From: Rhina ancylostomus
Lineage: Eukaryota
NCBI GenBank assembly: GCA_030265395.1
Contig: JARFYF010000050.1
Span: forward strand, 38,344,457 to 38,408,456
Direction of reading: 5' to 3'
DNA length: 64,000 nucleotides
Both the position numbers and the translations under genes were made by a program. Below, piece by piece: positions 48,750 to 62,778 of the stretch (position 1 is its first letter; the number at the start of each line of letters is the position of its first letter). The notes beneath the pieces are model-generated. The model saw only the letters and a program-made list of their open reading frames with translations, was not told the origin of the DNA and ran no database searches.

Positions 48750-50500
48750 GGTTATTGTTTTGGGTCAATGAAATTCATTAGAACTGGAAAAGTGAGGAAA
48801 AACAAGTGTGGTTTAAACTGTGGGAGGAGAGGTGGAGAGAACAAAAAGGAAATGTTTTGGTCAGCTGGGGAACAAGATTGTTCAGGTTGCAAATGCTGAG
48901 GGGGGCCCCCCCAAGAGATACCAATGAATGATCATCAGTTTTGGCTGATCTGTCTGGGGAGGTGTAGAGGAAGGTGAATCAGGCCAGTAGAGAAAAGCAC
49001 TGGAACTCGCTTGGGCTGAAGAACCAAGCAGTCGCTGGAAATCTTAAATAAGAGAGTGCTGGACATTCTCCGATCAGATGCACTTATGAGAGACAATTTT
49101 ACTGAAGTCGCAACTTGATCCTGTACCAGAATTGGTCAGTTTGAACAAACAGCAAAGGCTGGTTATCTCAGTTTGACAGATTGAGGGCTGCAAAGTGATT
49201 TGATGCGAGATGCTGTTCAAGCTTGGGCTGTGTTGGAACATTGTAGGCCAAAGGTGGTGGTCAGAGTGGGGTGGAGAATTAAAGTGACAGGCAACTAGCA
49301 TCTCAGGGCCAATCTTGTAGACTGACGAGGGCATCCTGCTAAGCAGTCAATCCACATTTGGTTTCTCCATTGCAGAAGAGGCACAGCACAAGCACCAAAT
49401 TCAGAGTGCAAGTGGCCACTGCTTCACCTGGTGTGTAATAGTCTTTGGTTGGAAGGGAGTGAGAAAGGGCAGATATTGCATGGGAAGCTGCCAGGGGATG
49501 GGGAGTGGCAGGCAACCACAGAAGAGCAATCTTGGGAGTTGCTGAAGAACAGTCCTTTTGAAATGCAAGAGAGAGGGGAAGATGCAGTGAACAGAGGGGT
49601 TGGTGGGATGGGAGGCAAAGACAGGGAGAACCCTGGCACTGGGTGATAGCGGGAAGGGAAGTAGCTCAGATAAAAATAGATGCATTTGAGAGCTTCAGCC
49701 AGTCATAAAGTGAAGGACATCGAAATACTGGTGTGGGAAGTCATCTGAACCGATACCAAAGACCCAGAGAGACCAGGGGAATGGAGTAGATTACTTGCAG
49801 AATGCAAGATGGGAGAAGCTGTAGTCATGTTGTGGAAGTCTGTGGGCTTGTAATGGAGGTCAAGATTCAGATGTGGACCATGTGAAAACTGGAAGCAAAG
49901 GTAACAAATTGAGTTCTCTACAACTGGAGGAAACAGCAGCGGTACTGTCAACACACCGGAAAAACTTGGAGGAGACCCAAGCAGCTGTGTTTCCAACATC
50001 CCAGGAGGGACAGGTACTGCTGGGATCCATGCACATTCACATGGCTGGAAAACACGAGTGGACCTGAAGTTGTTCAGTGTGAGGTGTTGAGCAAGGCAAG
50101 TGTTAGAGGGGGGACTAGCTGGGCCTCTGTTCAAGTGAAGGGCCCTCAGACCTGCCTGGTGTGGGGCTGAGGTGGCCAAGGACTGGACATGCGAGGATGA
50201 GCTGACGGGCCGGAAGTTGCAAACTATCAAAGTGGCAGAGGACAAAGGTGTCAAGTATGTGAATGGGAAGGGGCAGGACAAGGGGAGAAAGGATAGCGGC
50301 AAAGTAGGACAAGAGCAGGCTGAGATCTTTGCCAGGATAGTCCTGCTCATACTCTGAGGTAGAAGCTTTACAAACAGGATCAAGTTAGCGAAAGAACTGG
50401 ATGAGAAAAATAAACTAGCTTTAAGAAATAACTGAAAGTGCTGGAAATACTCAGCAGGTCAGGCAGCATCTACGGAGAGAGAATCAGTTTTTCAGGTCAG
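48750..50500 (-). mobile_element. Degraded Penelope-like element
   Basis: Minus ORF remnants GLRAL..., LTLNNF and LHYKPTDFH (PLE RT motifs), a GIY-YIG tail, and terminal repeat copies near 48770 and 50450. Confidence 0.65.
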
Positions 50501-50639
50501 TTATCATTTTGAGCTACATCAGACTGATGCAACAAATTGTGGTGCAGTGTCCAAAGGTTATCAGGCCTGGTACACAATGCCAAGTCTTTGTTATCCAGAA
50601 ACACGACTGAGGAAATGACAAAACTCTGAATGCACAGAG

Positions 50640-51570
50640 AGCCCATGTTCAGATCCCTGAAACATGATAATCTCTAAAGAATAGAAAAGGATGTGGCATC
50701 TTAGTAGAATTTGTTACACCAGCATTTGGCCAGTGAAGATGAGAGTTCCAAATAAGAACACTCCTGCTTGTGCTCTACAAGCATTGCAGTGACCAACTTG
50801 GTCAGAGCATCCCCAGCTCAACCAGTGCTCAGCAGCAGGTATTGGTCAATTCCCTTGGATCCAGAACAGCAGTGTATGTTTGCCTTCACCTTCAAGGGAC
50901 AGGTTTACGTGGACTTGATCAGATTCCATGGTTGCCCAGAGATTTTGTTTAGTCAGTGCAGTCAATGTATGCAGTGTTTACTGTTTTCAAAGAGTAGGAA
51001 CAATTGGAGCTGCTTGAGCTGCTGAGTGCCATGTTAAGAATCTCAGGAAGACATCAGGCAGGAGATGGTCCAGTTCCTCAGACTAGTAATCTGGAGAGTG
51101 GGCTAAAAGCAAATCATTTCAGGAATTGTGCCAACCAGATTTTGTAACTATCCTCCTGTGATTAGCAGACAACCACAGAATTTAAAGAAGTAGCTCCATG
51201 TTATCTCATTTGGATTTGCACAAGTACAAGTCCCATACAGACTGCTCAGCAAGAGAAATGTGTTCAGTTAAATGTTTCACCAGGTTGTAGGCAGGGTATG
51301 TAATCCACTGTACAATGACATTATCAACCTTAACACTCATCATGCAAGGGTGTGCAGGGTCTGAATTACAGTCATATACACAGAATGGCAGAGTTGTGCC
51401 CCCCACCCCCCCACCCGTGGCTAGTGGCAATCCCAATTCAGTGGCAGACCATGACATGCACCATGAGGCAGTCTGTGCAATGGTGAATTTGGTAGAGGTG
51501 AGATTACCAGATTTGTACAAAGTTTTCTGGGTGAAAGATGGGAAGATTGGTTAAAAATTCTGGGAATGGA
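50640..51570 (+). mobile_element. Second retroviral pol remnant (RT)
   Basis: TSIWPVK, YWSIPLDPEQQCMFAFTFKGQVY(TWT), FHGCPEI (LPQGFxNSP-like) and QEMVQFL; heavily frameshifted. Confidence 0.7.
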
Positions 51571-51589
51571 CCACTACCCAAGGGGAAAA

Positions 51590-52019
51590 TGTGGCTATGC
51601 AAGATAGATCCCAGTTAGCGGATTAGGCTCAAGAAAACCTGTAGTGCTAAGTTCAGTTGATGATTATAATGGATTTGTGACTTTATCTCATCTACTTGAT
51701 TATTCTCTACTTGCAGAAAATTTCTCTCCTCAATTTCAAATACATCCTTGTTCACTTTTAACTAAGACATAATTCTGCAATATAAACTCCTGTGACAATT
51801 CCTCACCCACCCACTATCCTTAAATATAAACAAGGTTAGCCATTCCATTTACTCTATAGTGTTCTTGCCAGGTTTCAATGGTGGTTCATGGACCCTGTTG
51901 ATCTGTCATTTTATGCATTAAGGAAAGGCTCAGTACGATACAATTTCTTTATTCTCCCACTTGTGCAGCTGCCTCACTTTCACCATGTTTCTCGAGCTTT
52001 TCACTCACTCTCGATCACA
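51590..52019 (+). mobile_element. Possible 3' LTR of the second retroviral remnant
   Basis: Purine tract aaggggaaaa, then TGTG...CACA termini; TATA-like aatataaa inside. Confidence 0.4.
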
Positions 52020-54392
52020 AACTAAAAGACATAAGCCCAACAAAGAGTCTTCAACCTGGAACATTGCTGGTTCTCTTCCCACAGATACAGCCTGACTTGC
52101 TGACTATTTCCAGCATCTGCAGCTTTTTTGATTTTTTTTAGACTTAAGCTCTCTCCCTTACCCATAGACATGTCCAAACTCTGAACAACCCTTAAAAACC
52201 ACTGCTTTGCTGTCTCCAAGTTTGCTTTCAGGTGACATATGTACAATTACTTAACTATATTTCATAGATTAAATATAGATCCAAGAGCTTTGCAAATAAT
52301 AATCTTTATTATAAATCATAGATCAAATAAAGCCAACAATATTGATAAGATATATTTTAAACTTGACTGATCAATCAGATCTGGAACAATGTCTATTGTA
52401 GTCTCTGAACAGTCTAGTCAGATCAATCATTACACAATAAAATACATACAGTAAAGAAAAATAGGGCCTACACCCACCATAACTGCTCTTCACTGATCAA
52501 GGTAGAAGAAACACAGGTGGATAGGTAATTGGGTAATGGGCAGAAAGAACCAGGTGGAGAAGGGTAACGTGGGGGGGGGGGGGGTGTGGGAAGAAGGGTT
52601 TAGGGAGAATGGAANNNNNNNNNNNNNNNNNNNNNNNNNNNNNNNNNNNNNNNNNNNNNNNNNNNNNNNNNNNNNNNNNNNNNNNNNNNNNNNNNNNNNN
52701 NNNNNNNNNNNNNNAAAATGTGCTTAGTAATTTAAGACTGTGTCAAGTTAAGGGAGTGATACAGGTGTCTTGGCAGGAGCAGAATAACCCCAGCCTTTTG
52801 GGGATGCTGCTATGTTAACTCACATTTGCAAGTGTGCATTCCCAAATCTATCATTCCACATGGAGAACATTAGTGCATTGGGAGAACACAGAGTGGATGA
52901 CAGTTCCCCCACATACACGGCCTGGGTGAATGGGTCCATGTGGGTGGCCCTAGATTTGACCAGATGCAGCTAAGCTCAGGATGCATCTTCCCTTGTGATA
53001 TGGTGGGATGTGTAGGCCATGTAAGGGTTTGATTAGGATGGGACAACCAAAGATGTCTCTTCACCTAGAACAGTGAGGGCAGAGTGGTGACCATCTGACA
53101 TGCAAATTTCTATGATTCTACGTAATCTAGTAATCGGTCCAAAACAGAATAACACTTGATCAAATTCTTTGAAGAGAAATGTGGATAATGGTTTGTAATT
53201 GAATTAATCCAAATTTTCAAAAAAGTCTGATATACAACCACTATGTCAAACAAGCAGAAGGGAGATTGTAAGCAGATTTACGCAGACTGATGAGGCAGGA
53301 AAGGNNNNNNNNNNNNNNNNNNNNNNNNNNNNNNNNNNNNNNNNNNNNNNNNNNNNNNNNNNNNNNNNNNNNNNNNNNNNNNNNNNNNNNNNNNNNNNNN
53401 NNNNAAGGATACTCCAGGAAAAAAAAGTTACTTGTCAATTTGTTTTAAAGTACCTGTTATTACAAATACATTTTCACTTTCAGGAAATTCCAGTTGGAAG
53501 GAAGGTGTAGTTATAGGATCTGGCAATGCAGGAAGGCTCTAACTTGCAGAATATGCAACTGAACTTTAATATAGCCAAGTAGGTGATACACTATGGTAGC
53601 CAGAATAAGGAGGCCACACTCCTCAGAAAAATGAAGTGGCAGAAACCTGACAAATCCTGATGCAGGCAAATTAGAGGCTGGTTAGAGAGGCATTCTTCAT
53701 TAAAGGTCAACAAGCCATTGGCAGCTCCCAATGGCCCAGTGTGACTGTTTATGTGCCACATTAAATTGTGGCTATTGGTATTACAAGCACACCTGTGTCA
53801 CAGATCACTCAACTAGACTGGCAGCTGCACAGAAATAAACTCCTATGGACAAACTATGACTTAATTGGCTATTGAAATGATCAGAACCATTGGAAATGGA
53901 CCACTATTGGTCATGGCAGTATCTGCTTCATGAAATATTTGGCCAGGTGTACAGGAGATACGGACAGGGCTTGGTTAAATGTACAATGAGACATCAAAAT
54001 TCAGTAGGTACAAACCTTGTTTAAGTTGTGAACAGATAACATTCTGCATTTAAGCACAATTTAGAACATGTTACACAACACACAAATTTCAATAAAGTTA
54101 CCCACCTAGAAGTAGCCCAAGTAAAACTGAACAATTTGCTGCTTCACTAACTTTTATTGCTTGTCTTTTAGAGGTCAGTTGCGAGTTCTACAGAGGCATC
54201 TTTTGAAAACACAAATTTTACCAAGACATAAAACATTTACTGATGTAAAGATAGCTAAGGGTTTTTGGCTACTGTGGAATCCCATGTGCAGACTTTAATA
54301 ACAAAAAGGCATCCCTAAAGGAAATACATGAGCTGCCTGACAACCATAATGACCAAGGTGGAGGAAGTGTGGAAAGAACTGTCAGGAGTTAC

Positions 54393-54425
54393 CTGCAGAT
54401 ATTTTGGCAGCATCATGATTTGGTG
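54393..54425 (-). CDS. Candidate 33-nt JPT1 penultimate micro-exon
   Basis: tgctttcatctgcag acceptor and CAG|GTAACT donor; phase 1-1 frame PNHDAAKISA fits the terminal exon. No homology recognised. Confidence 0.3.
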
Positions 54426-57400
54426 CTGCAGATGAAAGCATGATAAACGTTTTACAATTATATGGTTTTGTTTCCCCAGCAAATTATTTCAGAAGAAATA
54501 CTGTTTAATACCTTTGAAAGTTGAAACAAGGGAGCAACACTGACTTCCCTTTTTTTGTCGAGAATAATGTCCAAGCTAATGTCTGTCCACAGACAATGCA
54601 CCCAATGCAAGGGAAAAGTAGATGAAATACCCATATCTACATGTTCCATTGCATTAAAGCCAAAAAGCAACTTTGGGTCAAGTGGAAAAAATTGTAGTGA
54701 AATGCAAAAGTCTCATGCAGTTGGCTGTAGAAGGTAGTCAATGTTATTGGTCCAAGTGCACTGAATCACCAGGAGTTTGGGGCATTACTGGAAGAGTGCG
54801 AGACAATATGAAGTTCTAGTTATGCACAATGATTCAAGATGGGCATCTTATGGCAGGGTCCTTGAAAATTTGTTTTCTTCCCCAGATTTACAAATTACTT
54901 GAAAGGGAAGGAAAGATGGAGAATCCAGAGTGGATAACCTGGCATTTTTGACTTGAAATCCCTTTCCACTAGAATTCAACAAATCTCCAGTTAGATGAAT
55001 TAACAAACTTCCAGTAACATGGCATCACAACTAGTTTTCAGAACAAGATTACACTTCCAGAGTTCACTTTTCAAAACTCAGTCTCCCCAAAAATTGCAAT
55101 ATTTCAATTACAATTCATTTATACAAGGTACTGGAGGAAGAGGGTGGAGCTCCAGTCTAGATTCAAAGAAAGTACAAGGAGCTTTCTAATTGCATTAAGA
55201 ACTCCCTCCACATATCAGCGTCATCTTTGCCACTTATTTTGACCATGCTCAACAGTGCAATGAAATTGTGGAACTTCAGACAAATGACATGAAGTTTGAA
55301 CCGGTGATTATTATTTCCACAACATGGCCTCTGATAGAGGATCTCAAATATCTTGACAGTATATTTACCTATAAATACACATTTTCAATTAATGTTAAGA
55401 AATTAAGGTACAAATTTGATCTGGCTTAGTAAGATTATGACAACAGACTACAAATACTACATGAAGCCAAGCAGCAACAGCAGTTTTTAAAAATCAAAAC
55501 AGAATAATGCAAAACTTAATTTATTGCACAGCTGCCTTTTCAATACCATACATTTTCCCTTTTTAAATAGAGGATTTATCATACTTATTTAGCACACAGA
55601 CTTGGTTACACAACTCACTGTAAAAGTAGAAGCAGCAAGCAACATGTTACATTTGAGCTAATGGCCAAAATGGTCCCTGCTTGAAGTGAATAGTGCTGGG
55701 TTAGAGGGTCATAAGTAACAAATGCTCTGAAGTTAAGGTCTAGAGGAACTTCAAAGTTAAACTAAGCTCTGACAACAGTTCCAGTCTCATTACCTGATGT
55801 CTGCATGTCAACCATGGTTTAATGGTTACCAGTCTCATCCAAGTCAGAAGCTAATTTCAGGTTCACTAAATGTTGAAACAAAATATAGAATAAGATTTCA
55901 CTGCAGTAATGAGGGACTGCTGCAATCTGATGCTATCTTTTTGTTGAACTCCCATTTGTCTGAGTCAAATGGAAAATGCATGGCATTACTTAAGTGCACA
56001 TGCCCAATAATAGACCAACAACCTGTCAGAGAAAGACTCAGTTAGACAGAGGAGAAGTTTCAAGGATATTCTCAAAGCCCCCATGAAAAAAAAAGATGCA
56101 GTATCCTGACACATGCCTGGTACTCTGAACCATGAAGCAACATTCAGAATAGCATTGAGAACCAGTCAATACATAAAGTGTACACGAAGCCTGCTAAATC
56201 ACACCTCAAACCATCCATCCACTCACCCCACCTGGCCCATCAATGGAAGGGTCTGCAGTTCCACATCAGCCTCTTTCTCAGAACCCAAAGGGGAAGTAAA
56301 TATCCTCAATCCTGAGGGACTGCCCAAGAAAAAACTATCCAGCAGAGATTTTCAGAGCATGGTTACAATATCCAAATCACTACCACAAGCCAAAATATCT
56401 AAATGGTTGAGACAAAGACAGAACTGAAAGAAATTAGCATTAAAAATTAGTGGGACTGAAAATCATGCATTCCCAGGATTTGATGACCTCCTTTCCAAGG
56501 TACTAGAAAGTGGTGGCTAAGGAAATAACTTATTTGGATCTGGACATTGGTGGCAAGGCCACCATTTACTGCCGATTGCTAATGTCTGAAGTGGTGGTGG
56601 TGAACCACCTTAAACCACAGACTTTTTGAAAATACTCCCAATTTGGTTGGGGAGGGAGTTTCAGGAGATCCCTAGCACTTACTTCCCTTGTCCCCAGTGA
56701 TACAGGTTGCAGGGTTGGGAGATGCTGTTGGAGCTGAAGCCTCGGAGTAGGACCGAGTAAGGTGATGGTGCCAATCAAGCAGTCTGTTTTGACTAGGATG
56801 GTGACAAGCTTCTTGGCTGGATGAAGGCCACTCCAATATTAAATGGAGAGGACTCAACCATTCTCCTAAAATATGGCTTACGCATGGTGGGAAGGCTCTG
56901 GGGTTTCCAGTGCAGTCACGATAACCAGCCTGACCTGCTCTTATAGCCACAGTTTGTATGACCAGTCCAGTAGAGCTTCTGGTCAATGGTAATCCTAAGA
57001 TTTTGATTGGTGACTTGACAATGACAATACCATGAATGCCATGAGCAATATGCTTGAAGACTCTCAGAAGCTGTCACTAAGTTGCATTTGTGGCACAAAT
57101 AGTGCTGGACTCATCAGCCCCTGCCTGAATAGAACCTGGTCTTGACATGTGCAAGCATGGGCTGGCTTCAATTGCTGAGGAATTGCAAATACAATTGAAC
57201 ATTGTAATGAAGGCGGCACATCCCCACTTCTGACATCCCGATACAGAAGGATACATTTGCAACTGAGGTAAAACAAAGGTTCACCAGATTGATTCCTGGG
57301 AGTTGGAGTGGAAGAGTGGTGGTGGTGGGGAATGGGGGCTGTGAAAGATGGGTGCAGTTTGTCCTGCGAGGGGAGATTAAGCAGACTCAACTTCTACTCA

Positions 57401-58849
57401 AGTTTAGAGGAGTTCTTAAGGGCCTTGGCAGGATGGTTGCATTAAGGCCATTTCCACCAGTTGGCTCTGGATTTAGGGATACTAAGTGGAATGAATGGGT
57501 ATAGGAGAGGTGCTGCTGTGAGAATAATGCAGGAAAGCAGCACCGAGATGAAATAAAATAAACAGCCATGAATTTACTGAATGGCAGGGCCAAACAGACT
57601 ACTTTTTCTCCCCTTAAGGGTTTGCTAATGGAGTTGATAAAGGCCATGAAGAGGCTCAGCCAACAGCCCCATTCAAAACCTATTGGAATACAAAAGCTGA
57701 GGAAGTTTGATTGAGAGCAAGTCAAGCTATGTCCTTCGGATGAAACCAACTTGTATTAGCTCTCCCACACCAATACCCTCAACAAAAGTTCATGTCTTCC
57801 AACCTACAAATTTAAACTATTGAAAGACAAGTTCATGTCTCCATCCTGGACAATTGTGAATTAACTTTGAATACATTTTTTTTTATAACCACAGCTGGCA
57901 ACCAAGCATCGTACACTTAATGTTTTCTGTTCTCAGGCAGATTTTTGATAGAGATTCCAACACTGAAACCAGTCATTTGTTACTTCAAGTCTGTCCTCAT
58001 GTACACTACACAAGCTGTTTGTACCTATTAATACTCCATTCAAAGGTTTTATTGGAGCAGCTTGCAGCACCCTCTAATTTCTAACTTTATCACTCATTTT
58101 CAAACTGTAAGGTAGGGAGGGAAATCATCTCATTTACTCGAGCACAGCCTCTAAAGTTGCTATCATGTGCTTGAGCTTTCCGGCTCCTGTGTAAATGCCT
58201 CAAACTTCCTTGCTTCTCTCCTCTTCCACCCCCACAATCAACACATCAACACTGGGTACTGATTAACATGCAGGCAAGTTTACACTGCATCTCCATTGTT
58301 TTCCAATGCTTCCTATAATTCAACACCAATTCCACACACAACACAACTCTGGCCTAACATTCTGTTCAAGTTCAATATTCTCTGGCTTATATACTTTAAG
58401 AAATACTGACGAGAAATTAAGGTTTTGTTTTACACATCACTGAAGATGGCAGTGAAAGCTTTCATCCATCAAATCTTGCTCCTAACTCAAATCCTTTCCC
58501 TCCACTGGCCATTTATCTATGCACATGCATCTTCCTTAGCTTTTCATTATGATTTGCCACATCAGTTTAGGGTTTCCTATTGCTCCTTCAGAGGGCACAT
58601 TTAACAATTTTAAGTGGGACAACTTCCCAAGAAGACACAGCCAAATACAAGTATCTTCAGCATACACCAATTCTGCACTAGATTAAAGCAATCAGATCTA
58701 AAGCTGTGGGGGATAAAGCCATCTACCTGGCAATTTCATCTGTCATTCATTATACAAATAGGAGGCCAGTGTGACCAAGCTTGCTCCACTGTTCAAAGAT
58801 CTGATGATAACCTCAACTCCACATACCCATCTACCGGTCACCACACTCC

Positions 58850-59280
58850 CACTACTGCTCATCAAAAACCTATTAATCCTGCCTTAATATATTCAAACAA
58901 TATTTCTCAGGGCAGTAGAAGCAGACTACAAAAGACTCAAAGAAGAAATTGCACCATGTTTTAAATGTTCAAGGGTTACTTTAACCTTATGATCCCTTGC
59001 TTGAGATTCTCCCACAAGAGGAAACATCCACTGTCACAATCTTGTGTTTCAATCAAATTGCCTCATTCTTCCAAACTCTAGCCAAGAAAAGCCAAGCCCA
59101 TCCAAACTTTCCTCAAGACAACTTCCCAATTCAGGTGTCAGTCTAATAAACCTTATCTGAACATCCAATATCAACATCCTCAAAAATGGAGATCAATATT
59201 GTACATTGTGCTCCAGATGTGGTCTCACCAATATCCTATATAACTGATGCACAACTTTTCTGTATTCAAACTGTACAATA
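58850..59280 (-). mobile_element. Degraded CR1 LINE 3' part
   Basis: Reverse complement resembles RFIRLTP..LRKVWMGL.. and the CR1 3' tail. Confidence 0.5.
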
Positions 59281-59834
59281 TCACTTGCTGTAGCTGCTTA
59301 CAAACTTTTTGCAAATCACATAGGTCTTGCCTTGCTTAAAAACCACTAAATACCAACATTTCACCCATGCTGACAACATTGCTCTGCTGACCCAAGCAGC
59401 AACACCAGAGAAAGCATCATGGTGCTTCCAAGTAATTTGTATTTCCTCAAGTGCCACTGCCAGGGCTGGTAGCTCCATCCCTGGAGAGGGGAATACTCCA
59501 CCTGGGCAACATGGATGCTGGGAAAGAACTTTAGATTTCCTTCATAAGGCAGCTTCCTCAGGAACCCCACAGCAAGTACCTGGTGTCATCCAGATGAGAT
59601 GGTGTTAGTGATCAAAATCAGACAAAAACAAGTTCTAATAAAGGGTCTTTGATTTGAAATACAAAATTTTGCAAGGGTGCTGCCTGACCATCAAGTATTT
59701 TCTTTAATTAAAATCAGGGTGAACTTGGTCTGGAAACTTGCTGGAACACTCTGCACCATAAAATTAGCTCTATATATTCTGTTGAAGTTTACTGCTTTGC
59801 AGCATGATAATATATCAGGGCATTTTCAGATAAA

Positions 59835-60290
59835 CCTCAGGTTATTGAGAGAGGCAAGAGATGAGATTGCTGGCGCCTTGACCAAGATCTTTGTGGCCTC
59901 TCTACTCACAGGCAAGGTGCCCGAGGACTGGAGAGTAGCTAAAGCTGTTCCTTTAAGGGCAACAGGGATAATCCTGCAAATTAGACACCAAAAATCTTTA
60001 CCAAGGGTCAATGTCTAATATTAGAGGGCACGCATTTAACACAAGAGGGGAGAAGTTCAAAAGGAGATATGCAGGGCAGTTTTTAAATTAAAATATGCAG
60101 TGGTGGGTGCCTGGAATGTATTGCTGGGGTGGTGGTGCAGGCAAATATGATAGAGGAACTTGAGGCTCTTCGACAGGCACATGAATATGCAGTGATATGG
60201 ATCATGTGCAGGCAGGTGCTGTTGTTAGCTTAATTAGTATGACACACTATGGTCCAAAGGGCCTGTTTCTGTGCTGTACTGTTCTATGTT
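59835..60290 (+). mobile_element. CR1 LINE fragment, internally deleted
   Basis: LLREARDEIAGALTKIFVASLLTGKVPEDWRVA joined to the CR1 3' tail. Confidence 0.85.
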
Positions 60291-62778
60291 ATAACTACCA
60301 CACAATCCTCACAGGCGTTCAATTAAATACAGAATGACAGACCCTCACATCCACTCCAACTGAGACAGCACCAGCAGCCACTTAAATTGAAATTGTGCCA
60401 TGTCTTTGAGATTGGGAAAATATGAGCATCGCCAACCTTCCCATTCAAAGACTTAAACCAAAGTGTTTATGATCATGCTGGCTATTCCAGGAAGTAGTCA
60501 GTGCTACTGGCACACACCCACTATCCAGATAGAAGGTACCATGGGACTCAAATCAAATAACTCACTGACACCCAAGATGAACAGGGTTTGGACAGGGGAC
60601 AGCAAACCAAATTTGCAGTCATGAACAATAAATCTGCTTCACAAATTCTCAGTCTTAAAGAATTCGAGTGATGATACACCCTTGACGATCCAGGTATGAG
60701 GCTTTTGGAATAAGTCCAACTTAACACGTATAGCCCGAGCTGCCGTTGTGATAAACAGAGCAAGGATTACACAAAAATATGGTACTCCTACACGAGTTGA
60801 TCTGCTTCCAGTGTAATTGAACCGCTCTGCTTTCCCAATGACATAGCAATAAAACTAATTTTGAACAATGTTTTGAAGCTAAAAGCAAATTCTAAGACCT
60901 GTACAGACCACATTGTCCAAGACATCCCACTTCATTTCAGGAAAAAGGTTTACCTTGTTATAAAACAAAATTCAGGAGGTATGGAAATTACAAGTTTAAA
61001 ATAAATGCCCAGCCACCTCTCTTCTCACACAAGTGCAAAACACAAGACAGGTTCAAATGTATAGTGCATGCATTTGTTACCTGACACTCCTAATTGCCAG
61101 TGCGAACTATAAAGGAGAGAGAGAAAGGAGGTTAGCAAAGATAGCAGCAGTTTCACAATTCAAGTAAATATTTCATGTGAACAAGTCTGAAGGAAATGGT
61201 GACCAATTTGAGAATGTGGTTACAACTTGACCAATTATTTACAGAATTCTAGGTTTCACCCATTATCCAAGCAAACCACAAACACAATTACTCATATCAT
61301 TCAAGCTGTGCAAAATATTGCAAACTTTTTACAATTCAGCAGAAATCACTAGAGAAGGAAGTCAAAGAAATGAATTCAGTTTCAAAGTCAAATCTTAAGA
61401 TGTCATGAGTAAAGTTGAGAAGCATTAAGCCATCCCTCAAAGCACCTTTCCATACATTCCCTTCACATGCTGATAGTTTTGTCACCATCACTGCTGGAAC
61501 AGGAAATTAAAAATCAGCAATTTGATTAGCCAGTTGTTTAGTGAAGATATTCAACTAATTTACTGCTTGGAACTACCACAAACACTAGATTAGAGGGAAT
61601 GTGCAAGGTTTAGAATTTCTTACCTTCTGTATATATAAATATGTTCAGGGATACTTGGGTGTCTCCTGACTTGTTAGCAAACAAGGACAGCAATTAGGAT
61701 GACAAATGGAATGCTGCCTTTTGAGTACAAAAGTATTCTTATAACAGGAGTTTGGCGAAGACCATACCAGGAGTACCATGTACATTTTTGACAGACATTT
61801 GGGAAATTAGTATAGATAAATGAGGGCACATTTAAATATTCCATGATTCATAGTTACATACTGTACTATCAGGGAAATAAAGGAAGCCAATTTATGATAT
61901 TCAAGGTGAAGATAATTCTTGTGCCGCAGGTTAATCCAGGCTTATGGGTAAAGATGAAAGTGGCCAATCAGGTCCATCATGACTTATTTCTGATGTATGA
62001 TCAAAAGTAATGGGAGAGCATTGTAGAAATGTTGAATGGCCTATTCCACATTCTGTCAATTCTGGGCACATTATCCAACTTGATTAAACAGAACACCGAG
62101 ACTGGCCTCCAGTGAGCCGGAGTTTGTCAGTGTATAGTAACAGCTTTAACTGCTTCAAAATGGGTGCAGTTTTTAAAATGAAGATTTCNNNNNNNNNNNN
62201 NNNNNNNNNNNNNNNNNNNNNNNNNNNNNNNNNNNNNNNNNNNNNNNNNNNNNNNNNNNNNNNNNNNNNNNNNNNNNNNNNNNNNNNNNNNNNNNNNNNN
62301 NNNNNNNNNNNNNNNNNNNNNNNNNNNNNNNNNNNNNNNNNNNNNNNNNNNNNNNNNNNNNNNNNNNNNNNNNNNNNNNNNNNNNNNNNNNNNNNNNNNN
62401 NNNNNNNNNNNNNNNNNNNNNNNNNNNNNNNNNNNNNNNNNNNNNNNNNNNNNNNNNNNNNNNNNNNNNNNNNNNNNNNNNNNNNNNNNNNNNNNNNNNN
62501 NNNNNNNNNNNNNNNNNNNNNNNNNNNNNNNNNNNNNNNNNNNNNNNNNNNNNNNNNNNNNNNNNNNNNNNNNNNNNNNNNNNNNNNNNNNNNNNNNNNN
62601 NNNNNNNNNNNNNNNNNNNNNNNNNNNNNNNNNNNNNNNNNNNNNNNNNNNNNNNNNNNNNNNNNNNNNNNNNNNNNNNNNNNNNNNNNNNNNNNNNNNN
62701 NNNNNNNNNNNNNNNNNNNNNNNNNNNNNNNNNNNNNNNNNNNNNNNNNNNNNNNNNNNNNNNNNNNNNNNNNNNNNN

